From positions 23,646 through 87,645 of the IMG/VR virus record IMGVR_UViG_2639762957_000001: a stretch of DNA of 64,000 bases; one strand, written 5' to 3'. A model generated the notes under the pieces. It was not told where the DNA came from. It did no database searches and saw only the letters and a program-made list of their open reading frames with translations. This DNA comes from a virus. Taxonomy: Duplodnaviria > Caudoviricetes. A program made the position numbers and the translations under genes. Shown here one piece after another: positions 25,532 through 36,134 of the stretch; position 1 is the stretch's first letter; every line of letters begins with the position of its first letter.

Positions 25532-28500
25532 TTTTTATTCTCCTTTTTCTTTTCATTAGCTTTCCGTTTGGCTTCTTGTTGCCGATCCTTCGCCGTTTTA
25601 TAGCGCCGGTCGAAGATTACGGCGTTGGCCAGGGCGGCCAGGCTGCGGTCGGTGTCGAAAATACTGAAGCGCATGAGCGCCCAGAAGCCGTCGGTCAATG
25701 TGTCCGGCAATCCGACAAAGCGGTTCAAGGCGCGGTTTGCGGCACGGGCTACGTCGGTGGCGTCCTGGTTTTTGGATGCTGCTGCTTTCGAGGCTTTCAT
25801 GAGTTCGTCTACAGCAGATACGGCCAGGACATTGCTGCTGTCGTAGTTCGGCAATCCGAACATATGATTTCCAATGATTTCGGCCGCATCTCTGACGACG
25901 GGGATACCCTGAACAGTGTTGGTCATTAATTTGACGCCCATCTTTTTGAGCAATTTGTCCAGGTCATCCCCGGAAACGGCCGAGCGGTATAGCTGTTCAA
26001 ATACGCTGTTCAGGACAATCCAGTACAGCATTGCGTTGAACATGGCCAGGCGATTGCCCGACTTCCACTTATAGCCCGCGTCGATGAGGGCATTCATGAC
26101 GGTATTACAGTATGAGTAGAAGGGCGTAATCTGCGCGACGAGTCCATTTTTTCGTTGCAGTTCGGCCTGGTCTTTTACCATGCCGGAGCCAAGAACGTCG
26201 CGGACGGCCTGGTCTGCTTCAAAGAGTGCCTGGTCGCGCATCAGTTTTTCGTCCGTTTTCCCTGCGTCGATTTGCTGCCGGAGGGATTCGTCATACTGAT
26301 ATTTCCACAAGGCCAGACTGCACATGAGGTCGGTTTCGGTGATAAAGAAGTAGCCGTAGCGGTTGAGTGCGTCGCGAGCGATACGCGCCTTCTGCCCTGC
26401 CCGGCTGGTGTTTTTCGGCATAGTCAGGCGCATTTTCTGCTGCATGTCTTTATCTATGGTGTTGATACGGTCCGCCATAAAAGGCGAATGTTCCATGACA
26501 AAGCGGCGATTTCGATTGTATGTCGGCGTTCCTTTATAAAATCCAATCCCAAAATTCACCATGGCTTTTACTGTATTCCATACCCCAATGCGGTTCATCA
26601 TCGGCAGGATATTCAAGCCATTCAAGACGGCTGTACTGGTTCGATAGGCCATAACCGCAAAGGTCGTGTTACGACGCATGTTTTCCAGCATACGGGATAT
26701 TTTATCGGTCTTCTGGACATCAGTCTTCCAGCAGTCTTTCGCCCACTGTTTAAGGGCCTCATAGGTCTTCATACCGTAGTTTTCCTGGACAGCCGCTTCC
26801 ACGTTCGGATGTGATATTAATTTGTACACATCAGTGACAGCTTCGCGCATACAGATATGGTGGATGGCTTCGTTGACCGCTGATGGCCATTCATCCAAGC
26901 TCTTATAAAGAATTTGGTTCTTGACTTGTTTTACTCGTTTCTTCGTACCGCCCATACCAATACCCATGGTCGAAGAGCCGGACAGCTTTGTCTTGACAAT
27001 GTCATCCAGTTCCATTTCATTGGTCCGCGTCGTGAGCTGAGGGTCGTAGACAATCGGATAGTACCCGCCGCTCACTTTGCGGCCATTGATGGTATACGGT
27101 TTCGCCCGGACACGCCCCATGCCAGAGCCGTACAAGCGTTCCTGGACTTTATTCCGCTCTGGCCAGTATTGTTCCAGCTGGCCCCAGATTGCTTCCAAGA
27201 AGTCCAAGTCCTTATTGCTTAAAGCCCGCGAGAAAATATCCTCAATCGTGGCTTCATTGGCCTTCTGTGCTTCGTTCTTGACGTGTCGGTTCGCTTCATC
27301 AAGGACGCGCTGCCGGCCTTCCTGGTTGCCCCAGTTCAAAGCCATGACGAGGAGCTGTTCTTTCGTGAACCGTTCGACGCTGCCGACAGCATACAGTTTC
27401 TGGCTGCGCATCTTCCGCCACTCCGTATTCGAGTACATATGATAGATCCGCGCAAATTCCCGACATGCTTCCTGCTGCATAGTGAGTTCCCGTCGGCTGG
27501 CCCGGTCTATAGGCTTATAGATGAATTGCATCCAATCATCACCCATGTTCCGAAGCAGCGTTTCAATTTTTGTCAGCGATAGCAAAGCGTCGCTGAGCAG
27601 TTCTTTTCCCCGGTCTTTGCGGTTCTGGTCGTTCCGGTCTTGTTCGGCATCCCAGTTTTCCCGGTGTGGCAAAGACTTCGCCAGGCGGGCGGCGGCATCG
27701 GAAATGGCGATGACGCTGCCGTCTGTATCGGTAAGGGTATTGGCTTCGTAATCGCGGCGGGACACTTTATTGATAGCTCTAATGGCTTCGTTAATGTCCC
27801 GGAATTGGCCCATGGTTAAATCTTTATCGTATTGGATACGGTCCTTTCCATCGACGATAGCACGAATCCAGGGAGCTACTAAGTCGTCCTGCTTCGGTGC
27901 CGTATTCTGGCCCGTCGCATAGTCCGGCGACAGGTCCCGATAAATATAGTCCCAGTTCAGCGGTACCTGGTTTCCTTTATCATCCAACGGTGGCCGGCCG
28001 TCTCGGTCAGTCATGCCGAGGTTATAGGCCAGGTGTTGGATGAAGTACCTTGCATGAGGTCCCATGCGCACCGGATGGTCGGCACGGCCTAATTGTTTAA
28101 GTATCCCTTTGATACCATATATTTCCTGGCCGTTCATATCGAGGGACCCGCTTTCCCCTGCCATGGCCCGGCGGATATAATCGGCATTATCTTTGGCGGC
28201 CCTAGCCATAGCATAGAATTTCTGCGCGTTGGCTTTTTCCATGATAGCCTGTTCAAAGGAGCCGGCGCTCATGTACTGGTCCGCACGGTGACTGGCTGCT
28301 TTTGCTTTCATTTCGTAGTGCCGCCAGACGGTCGCGTCGTTTACTTTCATCGCATCCAGTTCCTGCCGGGCCAGCCGCAGGGTTGCCGTATAGGTCCCCT
28401 GGACCATGTCGCGTGCCTGGTTGAGTCCGTGGATGACGTCGTTCAGCGAGTCTTTTAGTTCTTTGATAGTGTGGTCATTTTCGGCTTTTGTCGCCGCTGC

Positions 28501-31500
28501 TTTCTCATCCTTTTCGGCCAGGCGTTTCTTGAGGTCTTTAATCTGCTGGTTCTTCGTCAGGATACTGTCTTTCAGGGCGCCTTTTTGGGCTTCGTTCTTA
28601 TCGTATTCGACGCCCAGGATTTTTCGCAGCTGTGCGGCAATTTCCGCATCCGTACCAGAGACGCTGCCGACTTCCCGCAAAGCCTTTACACATTCGGCGA
28701 TATAGCCGTTCATTTTGCGGCGCATGGCCGCCGTTTCCAGCTGATTCAAGGCCATCTGGCCATTGGTCGAGGCCAGCATTTCGTCCGCTTCCGCGCGGAT
28801 CATTTCCGGCGTCATGGCCATGTCTTCTTCGTAGGTCTTTCGGACGGAGTCGATGTAGGCGTCGGTCCGCTCTTCCATGGTGCCGCCGGCGTCTCTTAAA
28901 GCTTGCTTGAATTCGGCATCATTTTCATAGCCAAGTTTGGCCAGAATACCGGCGCGGGCTTCGGGCATGTTGTTGTAGATATTTTCGTACTGGTAAATGG
29001 GATTTTCCGCGCACAACTGTTTCTGGTAGCTGATACGCTCTTCTTCTAAGCCCTGCTGCCGTTCCAGTTCGTCACGCTGCCGGGCTTCTTCTTCGTATTG
29101 GGAAAGCAGTTTTTCCTTACATTCTTCTTTAATCTTTTCGGCCCACTTCTTTATCATGGCCCCTTCGCTGCCGGAGAGATCCCCGGCAAAGCCTTTGCGG
29201 TTCCATGCATCGAGTTCGCGCAGCCGTGCCCAGGCTTCTATTTCATCGTCCGCCGCCAGCATCCGGTCCATGACGCGGCGCACGTCGTCAGACGGTTCTT
29301 TGCCGAGGTTGGTCAAGTCCCGGTAGATACTGATAAGCCACTTCTTGAACCGACGGAACGGTCCCTGTAATTCTTTGACCGGTGCTTTCCCTTCGGCGAT
29401 GTAGCGTTCAAAGCCGCGGGCAAAGCGTTCCTGCATCCAGCGTTCCTCTGCTGCCTTCACTGCGACGGCATCGCCGCTCTTACGGGCACGGCGAATTTCT
29501 TTCGCATAGCCGGTAAACTCTTTTTCTAGCGCCGTCCCGGCATATTCCGCTTCCGCGCCTTTCTGGTAGCCTGCCCAGTTTCGGACGGTCTGTAAGTCAT
29601 CCAAGAGCTGTTTTGGTGCGCCCTCCTGCGCGGCCATGGATTCCATTTCCGAGAGCCACAAATGAGCCGACTCGTGGATAAAAGTGGACTGATTGGCCGC
29701 GTCCAGCAAGTGCAGCATACCCGTATTGGCATCGTACGCACCGCGCAGAACGCCCTGGCGGTACGTCTTCTTTGGTGTAATGTACATGACCCCGCCGGTC
29801 TTGTTATCTCCAAAGTAAATTCCATAATTAGGTGTCCCGTCAGTGTTGATGTATGGATGATCTAAGTTATCGTTGACATGCTGCAAAAGATTTCTTATAC
29901 TGATTGTAGAAGAATCAGTATTAAGTGTTGGCCGGTCCACTTCTCCTGTTTTGGGGTCGTTTCCGGATGTACCGCTTAATACTGGTTCTTTTTTTGTTGT
30001 TACGTCATATGCTCTAAGTTGGGTATATTCCCCTCCTTCTACCTTGTATTTGTTGGCTTCTTCCTTTACAATTACGCGAACGCCAAAAACATTATTATTT
30101 AATTTTACGGCTCCTACAACCCGATATGCTTTTTCTGCTTTTCCATGATAGTCCTGATGCTCTTCAACCCAAATTCCATTCGTTAAAACATCTGGAATCG
30201 CCGATATCATTTCATAGTGAGTCGTCGTCTGCCTATCTTTCCTTCTTTTTTCATCTCGTGCGTAATCTGATTTGAAATGTTTTATCGAACCCTTGGTAAT
30301 GATAATCTTTTTGCCCGTGTTTTTGTTGATGTACGGAATATATTCCCCTTTTTTATTTTTCTTGGAAACAATATCGTTTTCGACAGTACCAGGCAGTTTC
30401 CGACGCAGGTCCCGCCAGTTCATACCGGCATATTTTTCTTTGACAGTAATCACCGGCGTCGGCGCGTCGAGATTGACGGCAGTATTGGTAATCGGCTGTC
30501 CGAATTGGACTTCTTCCGTTTTTCCGCCAATGACGATAGGATGAGCGGCGGCGAAGTCTTTTGCCGTATAGGCCGTGTCGCCGTAGTCGCGGCGGATCTG
30601 CGCCCAGCGTTCAGCCATACGGGCATAAAGGAAGGCGTTTTCTTTGGCTGCCTGGGAGACGGCAGGGTTGCCCTGGGAGAAAGTTTTGAGGGCTGCCGTA
30701 TAGACGGCTGCGCCGTCTTTGCTGAATGTCTTACGCAGGGCGTAGTCACTCTTACTGAGTTCCTCGAATTTGTCGCCCATGGCTTTCAGCGTTTCATAGC
30801 GGGCTTTTGCTGCTTCGACGTTGGCATCCCACTGCGGCAGTAGTTCCGGAGAAGAAGCTGCCAGTTCGGCCCGTTCATTCTTATACGCTACGTCGAGCAT
30901 CTGCTCTTTCGTCGCTTTTCCGCCGTATTCTTTATACATGTCACTGTACCAGGGTTCGTTGTTGCTCATACGATAGCCGCGGCCGGTCTGGACGTTGTCA
31001 TGGTCGGCCGTGTCGGCAACGATGATAGAGACGCCCTGGGGTTTGTAGGTCCAGTAATATTTGAAGTTGACTGCGTCTTCGTACTGCTGCCGTGCTTCTT
31101 TTAGTGCTTCTTTATACGAGGCTTGCAGATCATAGGGATTCCGATAGACGACGTCCCGTGCGGCCGCCTGTTCGGCATCGTCGGCGTCGGCAAAATGGTC
31201 GGCCATAATCTCTTCGGAAATGGCATCGCTCTTGTTGTTTGCGATATCTTTCAATTCCTGCGCCAGTTCGTCCATGCGCTTTTTACGTTCGCGCAGGGCT
31301 GCTAAATGTGTGCCGCCCTGGTTCATGGTCGACGCATCCATCAGGGTATCCGTGTCGAAGGATTCGTCGGCCAGTTGCGCAAAGACGCCCGTTTTGATTT
31401 CCAGGTCGGTCCCGTTTTGGATAGCGCTGTCGACGGCGCCCGGCGTGGCCATCCCCTTTTCGACGACGTCGTTCAGAACGTTGACGCCTTCCGGTGTACG

Positions 31501-33258
31501 GGCCAGTTCCTGTGCATCGACGTAAATCGTGCCCATATCGTGCTGGTCGGCCTGTGCCTGGACAACGTTTTGATAGGTCTGAGGGGACGCTTTCGCCAAA
31601 TTGTTTTCGCTCTTATTGGCGACGAGGTCTTCAATCATCTGTTTTTCGACGCTGCGCCGGTACTCTTCCCGCCATGCGTCGACTTTCAGGCCGGCAATAG
31701 CGCGCATGGCATTATACTGTCCTACGGCATGGGCACCAGTTCCCAAAGCGCCCATGCCCAGAGCGGCCGGCACGGCCTGGACCATGGCGTCGACGGCGTT
31801 GTTGAGGACGTCGCCCATGGTATTCCATTTGCCGCGGCCGTGAATTCCGTATTCGATGTTTTCGGCCGTGTCGCCGATGACGGACTGGACCGCTTCTTCT
31901 GTCAGTTCCGACGCCGTGCCGCGGGCATACTGTTTCGCACCGGCGAGGGCTGCCATCTTTGCCAGGGCTAATTTGCCCTGGTCGACAATTTCTTTTTGTG
32001 CCGCGGCGTTGCTTAAAATGCTTTTGGCCGCGTCTTTGCCAAAGGCCGCTTTAATCGGGCCGTAGCCAAACTCCAGCAAGCCCAATTCGACGGCGCCGTT
32101 CAGTGCGCCGACGACGGTACTGTCGGCCAGCATATTGGCACGGCTATATAATGGCTGCCCGTTGGCGTCCTTCTGGCTGGCCATCTGCCAGTAACGGTCG
32201 GCCATGGACTGCTTACTGATTTCCTTGAACAGCCCCGTCCGCAGGCCCCAGGCGGCCCCAGTCGCGCCCGCTGCGGCGAGGATCCCCGCCGTCCCAATGC
32301 CGAGTGTTTCCGGTCCGGCGGCCGCTGCTGCCGGTGCTGCCGTGGCCATGGCAAGGGCCATGCCTTTTGGTACATATTCCAGCGCCCGCAGGCCCTGGGT
32401 ACCGTAAATCGTCAGCTGCTGAATGGTATCATAGACAATTTTACCGAGGGCCGTTGTGGGCCGGTCTTCTTCCTGGTATTCTTTCAAACGCTGCGTGATT
32501 TCGTCGACTTCCGGTTTGACGGCTGCCATGTCTTCGCCATTAACGGCCCGCATCTGTGCGTCATAGAGCTTGACCATATCCGAGCCGGAGTTAAAGGCAT
32601 CGCCGAAGAGTTCGGCCGCGCTGTCGAAGGCATCGCCAATGCGTTCAAAAATACTGCGTGTGTCGTTCAGGTCCCGATGATTCCGCAGCGCCAGGGCGGC
32701 GCCGACGGGGTTTTCCTGCCTGAATTTTGCTAACTCCGGATAGTATTCGTCGAGCTTTTGCGGGGACAGCCAGTTGTTGCCGGGAAGGATATCGTTGATG
32801 GTTAATAACGTGTCCCGTTCTTTAGCTTCTTTTAATAATTCCTGGTTGTCTATTAAAAACTGTGGTGTTACCCCTAATTTTTTACTCCATTCCTGCGCGT
32901 CTTCTAAGGTGGTTTCTTCCATCTTCATGTTTTGCCAAATGGTATTCAGGGTATTCCCTATTTCCGGCGCCGGCCCCGCAATATTGCTCGTTGGTACTTT
33001 AGGCGGTGCTGGATCCAAACCACCTGTTACGGTTGGCATCGTTAATAAATCAGGATACCGTCGTAAATACGGGCGTCTAGAGGCTATTGCTTCCCCTATT
33101 TTTTCTTCGTTCTCTGCCCTTTCTTGGGCTTCTCTTTCGTGTCGTGCCTCCGTTTCTTCTGCCGACGGAGTAATCATTTCCTGCGTCTGTTCTTCGACGG
33201 GTTTAATTTTAAAGGCTTCGCTCAAGTCGCCTGACGTATCAAAGGTATAGTCTGCCAT
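25528..33258 (-). CDS. Giant internal virion (ejection) protein, polyvalent; LPD3-like insert and zincin HExxH
   Basis: 2576 aa at the gp16 position; 'STFIHESAHLWL'; AT-rich domain at ~29800-30400. Confidence 0.75.
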   Translation of the reverse strand: MADYTFDTSGDLSEAFKIKPVEEQTQEMITPSAEETEARHEREAQERAENEEKIGEAIASRRPYLRRYPDLLTMPTVTGGLDPAPPKVPTSNIAGPAPEIGNTLNTIWQNMKMEETTLEDAQEWSKKLGVTPQFLIDNQELLKEAKERDTLLTINDILPGNNWLSPQKLDEYYPELAKFRQENPVGAALALRNHRDLNDTRSIFERIGDAFDSAAELFGDAFNSGSDMVKLYDAQMRAVNGEDMAAVKPEVDEITQRLKEYQEEDRPTTALGKIVYDTIQQLTIYGTQGLRALEYVPKGMALAMATAAPAAAAAGPETLGIGTAGILAAAGATGAAWGLRTGLFKEISKQSMADRYWQMASQKDANGQPLYSRANMLADSTVVGALNGAVELGLLEFGYGPIKAAFGKDAAKSILSNAAAQKEIVDQGKLALAKMAALAGAKQYARGTASELTEEAVQSVIGDTAENIEYGIHGRGKWNTMGDVLNNAVDAMVQAVPAALGMGALGTGAHAVGQYNAMRAIAGLKVDAWREEYRRSVEKQMIEDLVANKSENNLAKASPQTYQNVVQAQADQHDMGTIYVDAQELARTPEGVNVLNDVVEKGMATPGAVDSAIQNGTDLEIKTGVFAQLADESFDTDTLMDASTMNQGGTHLAALRERKKRMDELAQELKDIANNKSDAISEEIMADHFADADDAEQAAARDVVYRNPYDLQASYKEALKEARQQYEDAVNFKYYWTYKPQGVSIIVADTADHDNVQTGRGYRMSNNEPWYSDMYKEYGGKATKEQMLDVAYKNERAELAASSPELLPQWDANVEAAKARYETLKAMGDKFEELSKSDYALRKTFSKDGAAVYTAALKTFSQGNPAVSQAAKENAFLYARMAERWAQIRRDYGDTAYTAKDFAAAHPIVIGGKTEEVQFGQPITNTAVNLDAPTPVITVKEKYAGMNWRDLRRKLPGTVENDIVSKKNKKGEYIPYINKNTGKKIIITKGSIKHFKSDYARDEKRRKDRQTTTHYEMISAIPDVLTNGIWVEEHQDYHGKAEKAYRVVGAVKLNNNVFGVRVIVKEEANKYKVEGGEYTQLRAYDVTTKKEPVLSGTSGNDPKTGEVDRPTLNTDSSTISIRNLLQHVNDNLDHPYINTDGTPNYGIYFGDNKTGGVMYITPKKTYRQGVLRGAYDANTGMLHLLDAANQSTFIHESAHLWLSEMESMAAQEGAPKQLLDDLQTVRNWAGYQKGAEAEYAGTALEKEFTGYAKEIRRARKSGDAVAVKAAEERWMQERFARGFERYIAEGKAPVKELQGPFRRFKKWLISIYRDLTNLGKEPSDDVRRVMDRMLAADDEIEAWARLRELDAWNRKGFAGDLSGSEGAMIKKWAEKIKEECKEKLLSQYEEEARQRDELERQQGLEEERISYQKQLCAENPIYQYENIYNNMPEARAGILAKLGYENDAEFKQALRDAGGTMEERTDAYIDSVRKTYEEDMAMTPEMIRAEADEMLASTNGQMALNQLETAAMRRKMNGYIAECVKALREVGSVSGTDAEIAAQLRKILGVEYDKNEAQKGALKDSILTKNQQIKDLKKRLAEKDEKAAATKAENDHTIKELKDSLNDVIHGLNQARDMVQGTYTATLRLARQELDAMKVNDATVWRHYEMKAKAASHRADQYMSAGSFEQAIMEKANAQKFYAMARAAKDNADYIRRAMAGESGSLDMNGQEIYGIKGILKQLGRADHPVRMGPHARYFIQHLAYNLGMTDRDGRPPLDDKGNQVPLNWDYIYRDLSPDYATGQNTAPKQDDLVAPWIRAIVDGKDRIQYDKDLTMGQFRDINEAIRAINKVSRRDYEANTLTDTDGSVIAISDAAARLAKSLPHRENWDAEQDRNDQNRKDRGKELLSDALLSLTKIETLLRNMGDDWMQFIYKPIDRASRRELTMQQEACREFARIYHMYSNTEWRKMRSQKLYAVGSVERFTKEQLLVMALNWGNQEGRQRVLDEANRHVKNEAQKANEATIEDIFSRALSNKDLDFLEAIWGQLEQYWPERNKVQERLYGSGMGRVRAKPYTINGRKVSGGYYPIVYDPQLTTRTNEMELDDIVKTKLSGSSTMGIGMGGTKKRVKQVKNQILYKSLDEWPSAVNEAIHHICMREAVTDVYKLISHPNVEAAVQENYGMKTYEALKQWAKDCWKTDVQKTDKISRMLENMRRNTTFAVMAYRTSTAVLNGLNILPMMNRIGVWNTVKAMVNFGIGFYKGTPTYNRNRRFVMEHSPFMADRINTIDKDMQQKMRLTMPKNTSRAGQKARIARDALNRYGYFFITETDLMCSLALWKYQYDESLRQQIDAGKTDEKLMRDQALFEADQAVRDVLGSGMVKDQAELQRKNGLVAQITPFYSYCNTVMNALIDAGYKWKSGNRLAMFNAMLYWIVLNSVFEQLYRSAVSGDDLDKLLKKMGVKLMTNTVQGIPVVRDAAEIIGNHMFGLPNYDSSNVLAVSAVDELMKASKAAASKNQDATDVARAANRALNRFVGLPDTLTDGFWALMRFSIFDTDRSLAALANAVIFDRRYKTAKDRQQEAKRKANEKKKENKK

Positions 33259-33266
33259 GGTTCCTC

Positions 33267-36125
33267 CTATATGCCTAGAGTATTCCCCGGTTCAGCGGGG
33301 TCAATTTCATTGCCGTTTTCATCTGTCCCATTACCGTTTGCATAATCAATATTATTTTCGACATGTTCTGTGACGCTTTCTTCGGCGGCCTCTGCTGCTT
33401 CGCTCACTTTTTCGCCGACTTCTCTTAACCCTTCTTCTGTGACCTCTCTTAAGGTACGGTTGTCTTTGGACATATCGTATTCTTCCGGCTGATTATCCGG
33501 ATCTCCTGCTCCTTCTCCTCTGGCTTCTGCTTCTTCTGCTGCTTCTACTACATCGCGCAGGTTTGCTGTTCCTTCCGCAATTTGTTTTGCATGCCATACG
33601 TCTATGTAATATACATTGTGATACCAGTCTTTAACTTCTACATAATCGTTTCCCAAATTTTCCATAGATATAATGCCGGCCGCACGCAACTGCGATTCTG
33701 AATAACCACAGTTTTTACTTGGATCCTGCATTACCGCTTCCACGCCAAATGAAATCAACTGATTGTAAGACGGTTCTTCCCCATTATGTTCGGCCCTGTA
33801 ATTTACTGCTTTTGCTCTGATTAACTGTTGCGTTACTGCCCAGTTTCCTTTGAGTGATTCTACAGTTATGGTGTTATCCATTGCGCTGGCAATGTTCCCC
33901 GGTGTGACATTATACAAAGGGTTAAATTCCCCTGTCCCATTCTGATAATCTTTTTCTGTCTTGTTTAAAGCCTGTAAATTACTTGGAGATAGATAAATAC
34001 CATGGCTGGCGCAATAATTGACAATGTCATTGGCCGTCTCTATCCCATCATGTCCAAACATTGATTTTAAAACTACCATATCCGCGCCGCTAGACCCTAC
34101 TCTACGGCTGCTCCCGCTTCTTCCGCGGCCTCCTCCATAACTTCCGCCATAGCCACCTGCACCGCCTCCAGCACGTATATGAACATACGACGACATGTAG
34201 TTCTGCAAAGTTTTGTAAATATATGGGTCGTTCGAGCCGTATTTATCTACAATGGCCTGGTATTCTTGAGGATCTATTACGCCGCTTCTTTTCAGCTGCA
34301 ACATTTCTCCATCTGCTTTTTCAATGATTGCGTCTTTTACCTCTCGTTCCTGCCGCTTCTGTTCAGCGACTAGAGACGTGGCCATGGATTCGGCTTTTTG
34401 CAGTTCTTGTTCGTCATAGATGACTTCTGTATGAGCCGTGACACCCTGGGACTTTTCTAAGCCGCCATGGTAGCCGCCTAAATGGAGATGGTAGCCGCTG
34501 CCGGCATCGTGGAAAAGGACCTGATCAAAGGCGCCGGAGTCTTCAAAGGCTTTGCGGACTTCTTCTGCTTTTTCGGCCGTCGTGCCGTCCGGCAGAACAA
34601 TGTCCACAGCATCACCGCCGTTCGGCCCAATGATATGTTGACTTGTGGGTCTGCCGCCGACTTCTGCGTTATGTTCCCGTGTACGGCCGCCGCTGGAAAT
34701 TTCTGCGCCGTCCGCGACGCCCATTTGATTGAGCATACCGCCGATAATCGGCAGAGCTTCCCGGAATTCCGGTTTCAGCTGCTGGACCTGTTCGTCGATG
34801 TTGGCTCCCTGCGTCGGCAGGTTGTACGGTTGAATTTTGCTGCCGCCGTTGCCGGATAAATCCATGCCTTCCAGGGAGTCATAGTTCTTCTTGACGAGTG
34901 CTCTATAGTTTTCGGCCGCTTCACCGCTGCCGTTGTAAGCACGGACGCCTTCCCATTCGTCGCCGCCGTTTTCTTCGATTTTCTTTTTGAGTACATACGC
35001 GCCGGCACGGATATTCTGTTTCGCGTCCGTATTCCAGCCAGGGAATTTATTATCCAGGTCGTAGGCCTGCGCCGTTTCGTCGGTAATCTGCGCGAAGCCC
35101 CCTCCGTCGGCCATGTGCATTCCTTCGATGGTATCGCCGCCGGTTTCTCTCATCCCGGTTGACAGATAAATTCGTGGGTCAATTCCCTGTTCGTGCGCTG
35201 CGTCGATGTACATATCGACGGTCGGGTTGCCCGTACTGGCACTGCCGCTATAAACCGTTTTCGTTGCCCCTTGACGGATATATTCGGCCCGCTTCTTCGG
35301 GTCGTTCGGATAGAGACGGGCCGCTTCCTTCGCCCGTTCTATCAAGCCGTTGTCGTGCTTCCGCTGCAAGAGCATGTGACGCATGGACGCCAGTTTGCTG
35401 TCATCTACCCAGGGAGAGACTTTTTCTAAAAGCGCGGTTGCCTTGTCAAAGTCCGAGGCGTTGCCGCTGGCTGTTAAATTCGTGAGTACGGAGTTGACCA
35501 TAGTCGTGGACTTATCTTTTATGAGGGCGTCCATTTTGTCTTTGCCGTAAATGTTGCCGTAGACGGCATAGGCCGTGGCAGCAATACGATTCAAGCCTTT
35601 GAAAATACCGTCGCTGTCGTTTGTTTCTACGAGATGGTCCGTTTCATTGGTCACGAAGGTGTTAAATGTATTGTCCCGGTGCTCCAGGTCTTTAGCGTAC
35701 TGGTATTTCATGACCTGCCCGGCACGACTGACATTGACGTCGTTTGCCATCTTTAAAAACGTGTCCTGCGCTTTTCGATAGTTCGGCAGCCCGGCCATGG
35801 CGTCTTCTCGAATTTTCTTTTCGCCTTCCTGGTACTTATTGACGACGTCCAGGGCATTGACGTCCTGCATATTCAATAAGCCTGTATCCGGATTGTTGAG
35901 CAAGTCGTTCATGCCCTGTTCGTATTTATTTTTCGCGTCGATGACACTCAAATTGATCTGGTCGTCGACGTAGGCCTGCATCTGCTGCTGCACGGCCTGC
36001 AAGCCCGTCTGCCAGACTTTCTCCCCGGAGACGTTCGCGCCGTAGGCGTTCGCGTCTGACGGTGCCTGTACATTGCCGTGAATGGTGTTCGGGTCCACGG
36101 CACGGTTATAGCTTTTTATCTGCAT
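33267..36125 (-). CDS. Internal virion protein with lytic transglycosylase and peptidase M15-like domains
   Basis: 'MRETGG...GFAQI...NIRAGA.VL...RAYNG' and 'SSGGRT..HN..VGG...SQH...AVDI...YHLHLG'. Confidence 0.75.
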   Translation of the reverse strand: MQIKSYNRAVDPNTIHGNVQAPSDANAYGANVSGEKVWQTGLQAVQQQMQAYVDDQINLSVIDAKNKYEQGMNDLLNNPDTGLLNMQDVNALDVVNKYQEGEKKIREDAMAGLPNYRKAQDTFLKMANDVNVSRAGQVMKYQYAKDLEHRDNTFNTFVTNETDHLVETNDSDGIFKGLNRIAATAYAVYGNIYGKDKMDALIKDKSTTMVNSVLTNLTASGNASDFDKATALLEKVSPWVDDSKLASMRHMLLQRKHDNGLIERAKEAARLYPNDPKKRAEYIRQGATKTVYSGSASTGNPTVDMYIDAAHEQGIDPRIYLSTGMRETGGDTIEGMHMADGGGFAQITDETAQAYDLDNKFPGWNTDAKQNIRAGAYVLKKKIEENGGDEWEGVRAYNGSGEAAENYRALVKKNYDSLEGMDLSGNGGSKIQPYNLPTQGANIDEQVQQLKPEFREALPIIGGMLNQMGVADGAEISSGGRTREHNAEVGGRPTSQHIIGPNGGDAVDIVLPDGTTAEKAEEVRKAFEDSGAFDQVLFHDAGSGYHLHLGGYHGGLEKSQGVTAHTEVIYDEQELQKAESMATSLVAEQKRQEREVKDAIIEKADGEMLQLKRSGVIDPQEYQAIVDKYGSNDPYIYKTLQNYMSSYVHIRAGGGAGGYGGSYGGGRGRSGSSRRVGSSGADMVVLKSMFGHDGIETANDIVNYCASHGIYLSPSNLQALNKTEKDYQNGTGEFNPLYNVTPGNIASAMDNTITVESLKGNWAVTQQLIRAKAVNYRAEHNGEEPSYNQLISFGVEAVMQDPSKNCGYSESQLRAAGIISMENLGNDYVEVKDWYHNVYYIDVWHAKQIAEGTANLRDVVEAAEEAEARGEGAGDPDNQPEEYDMSKDNRTLREVTEEGLREVGEKVSEAAEAAEESVTEHVENNIDYANGNGTDENGNEIDPAEPGNTLGI

Positions 36126-36134
36126 AGGGTCCTC

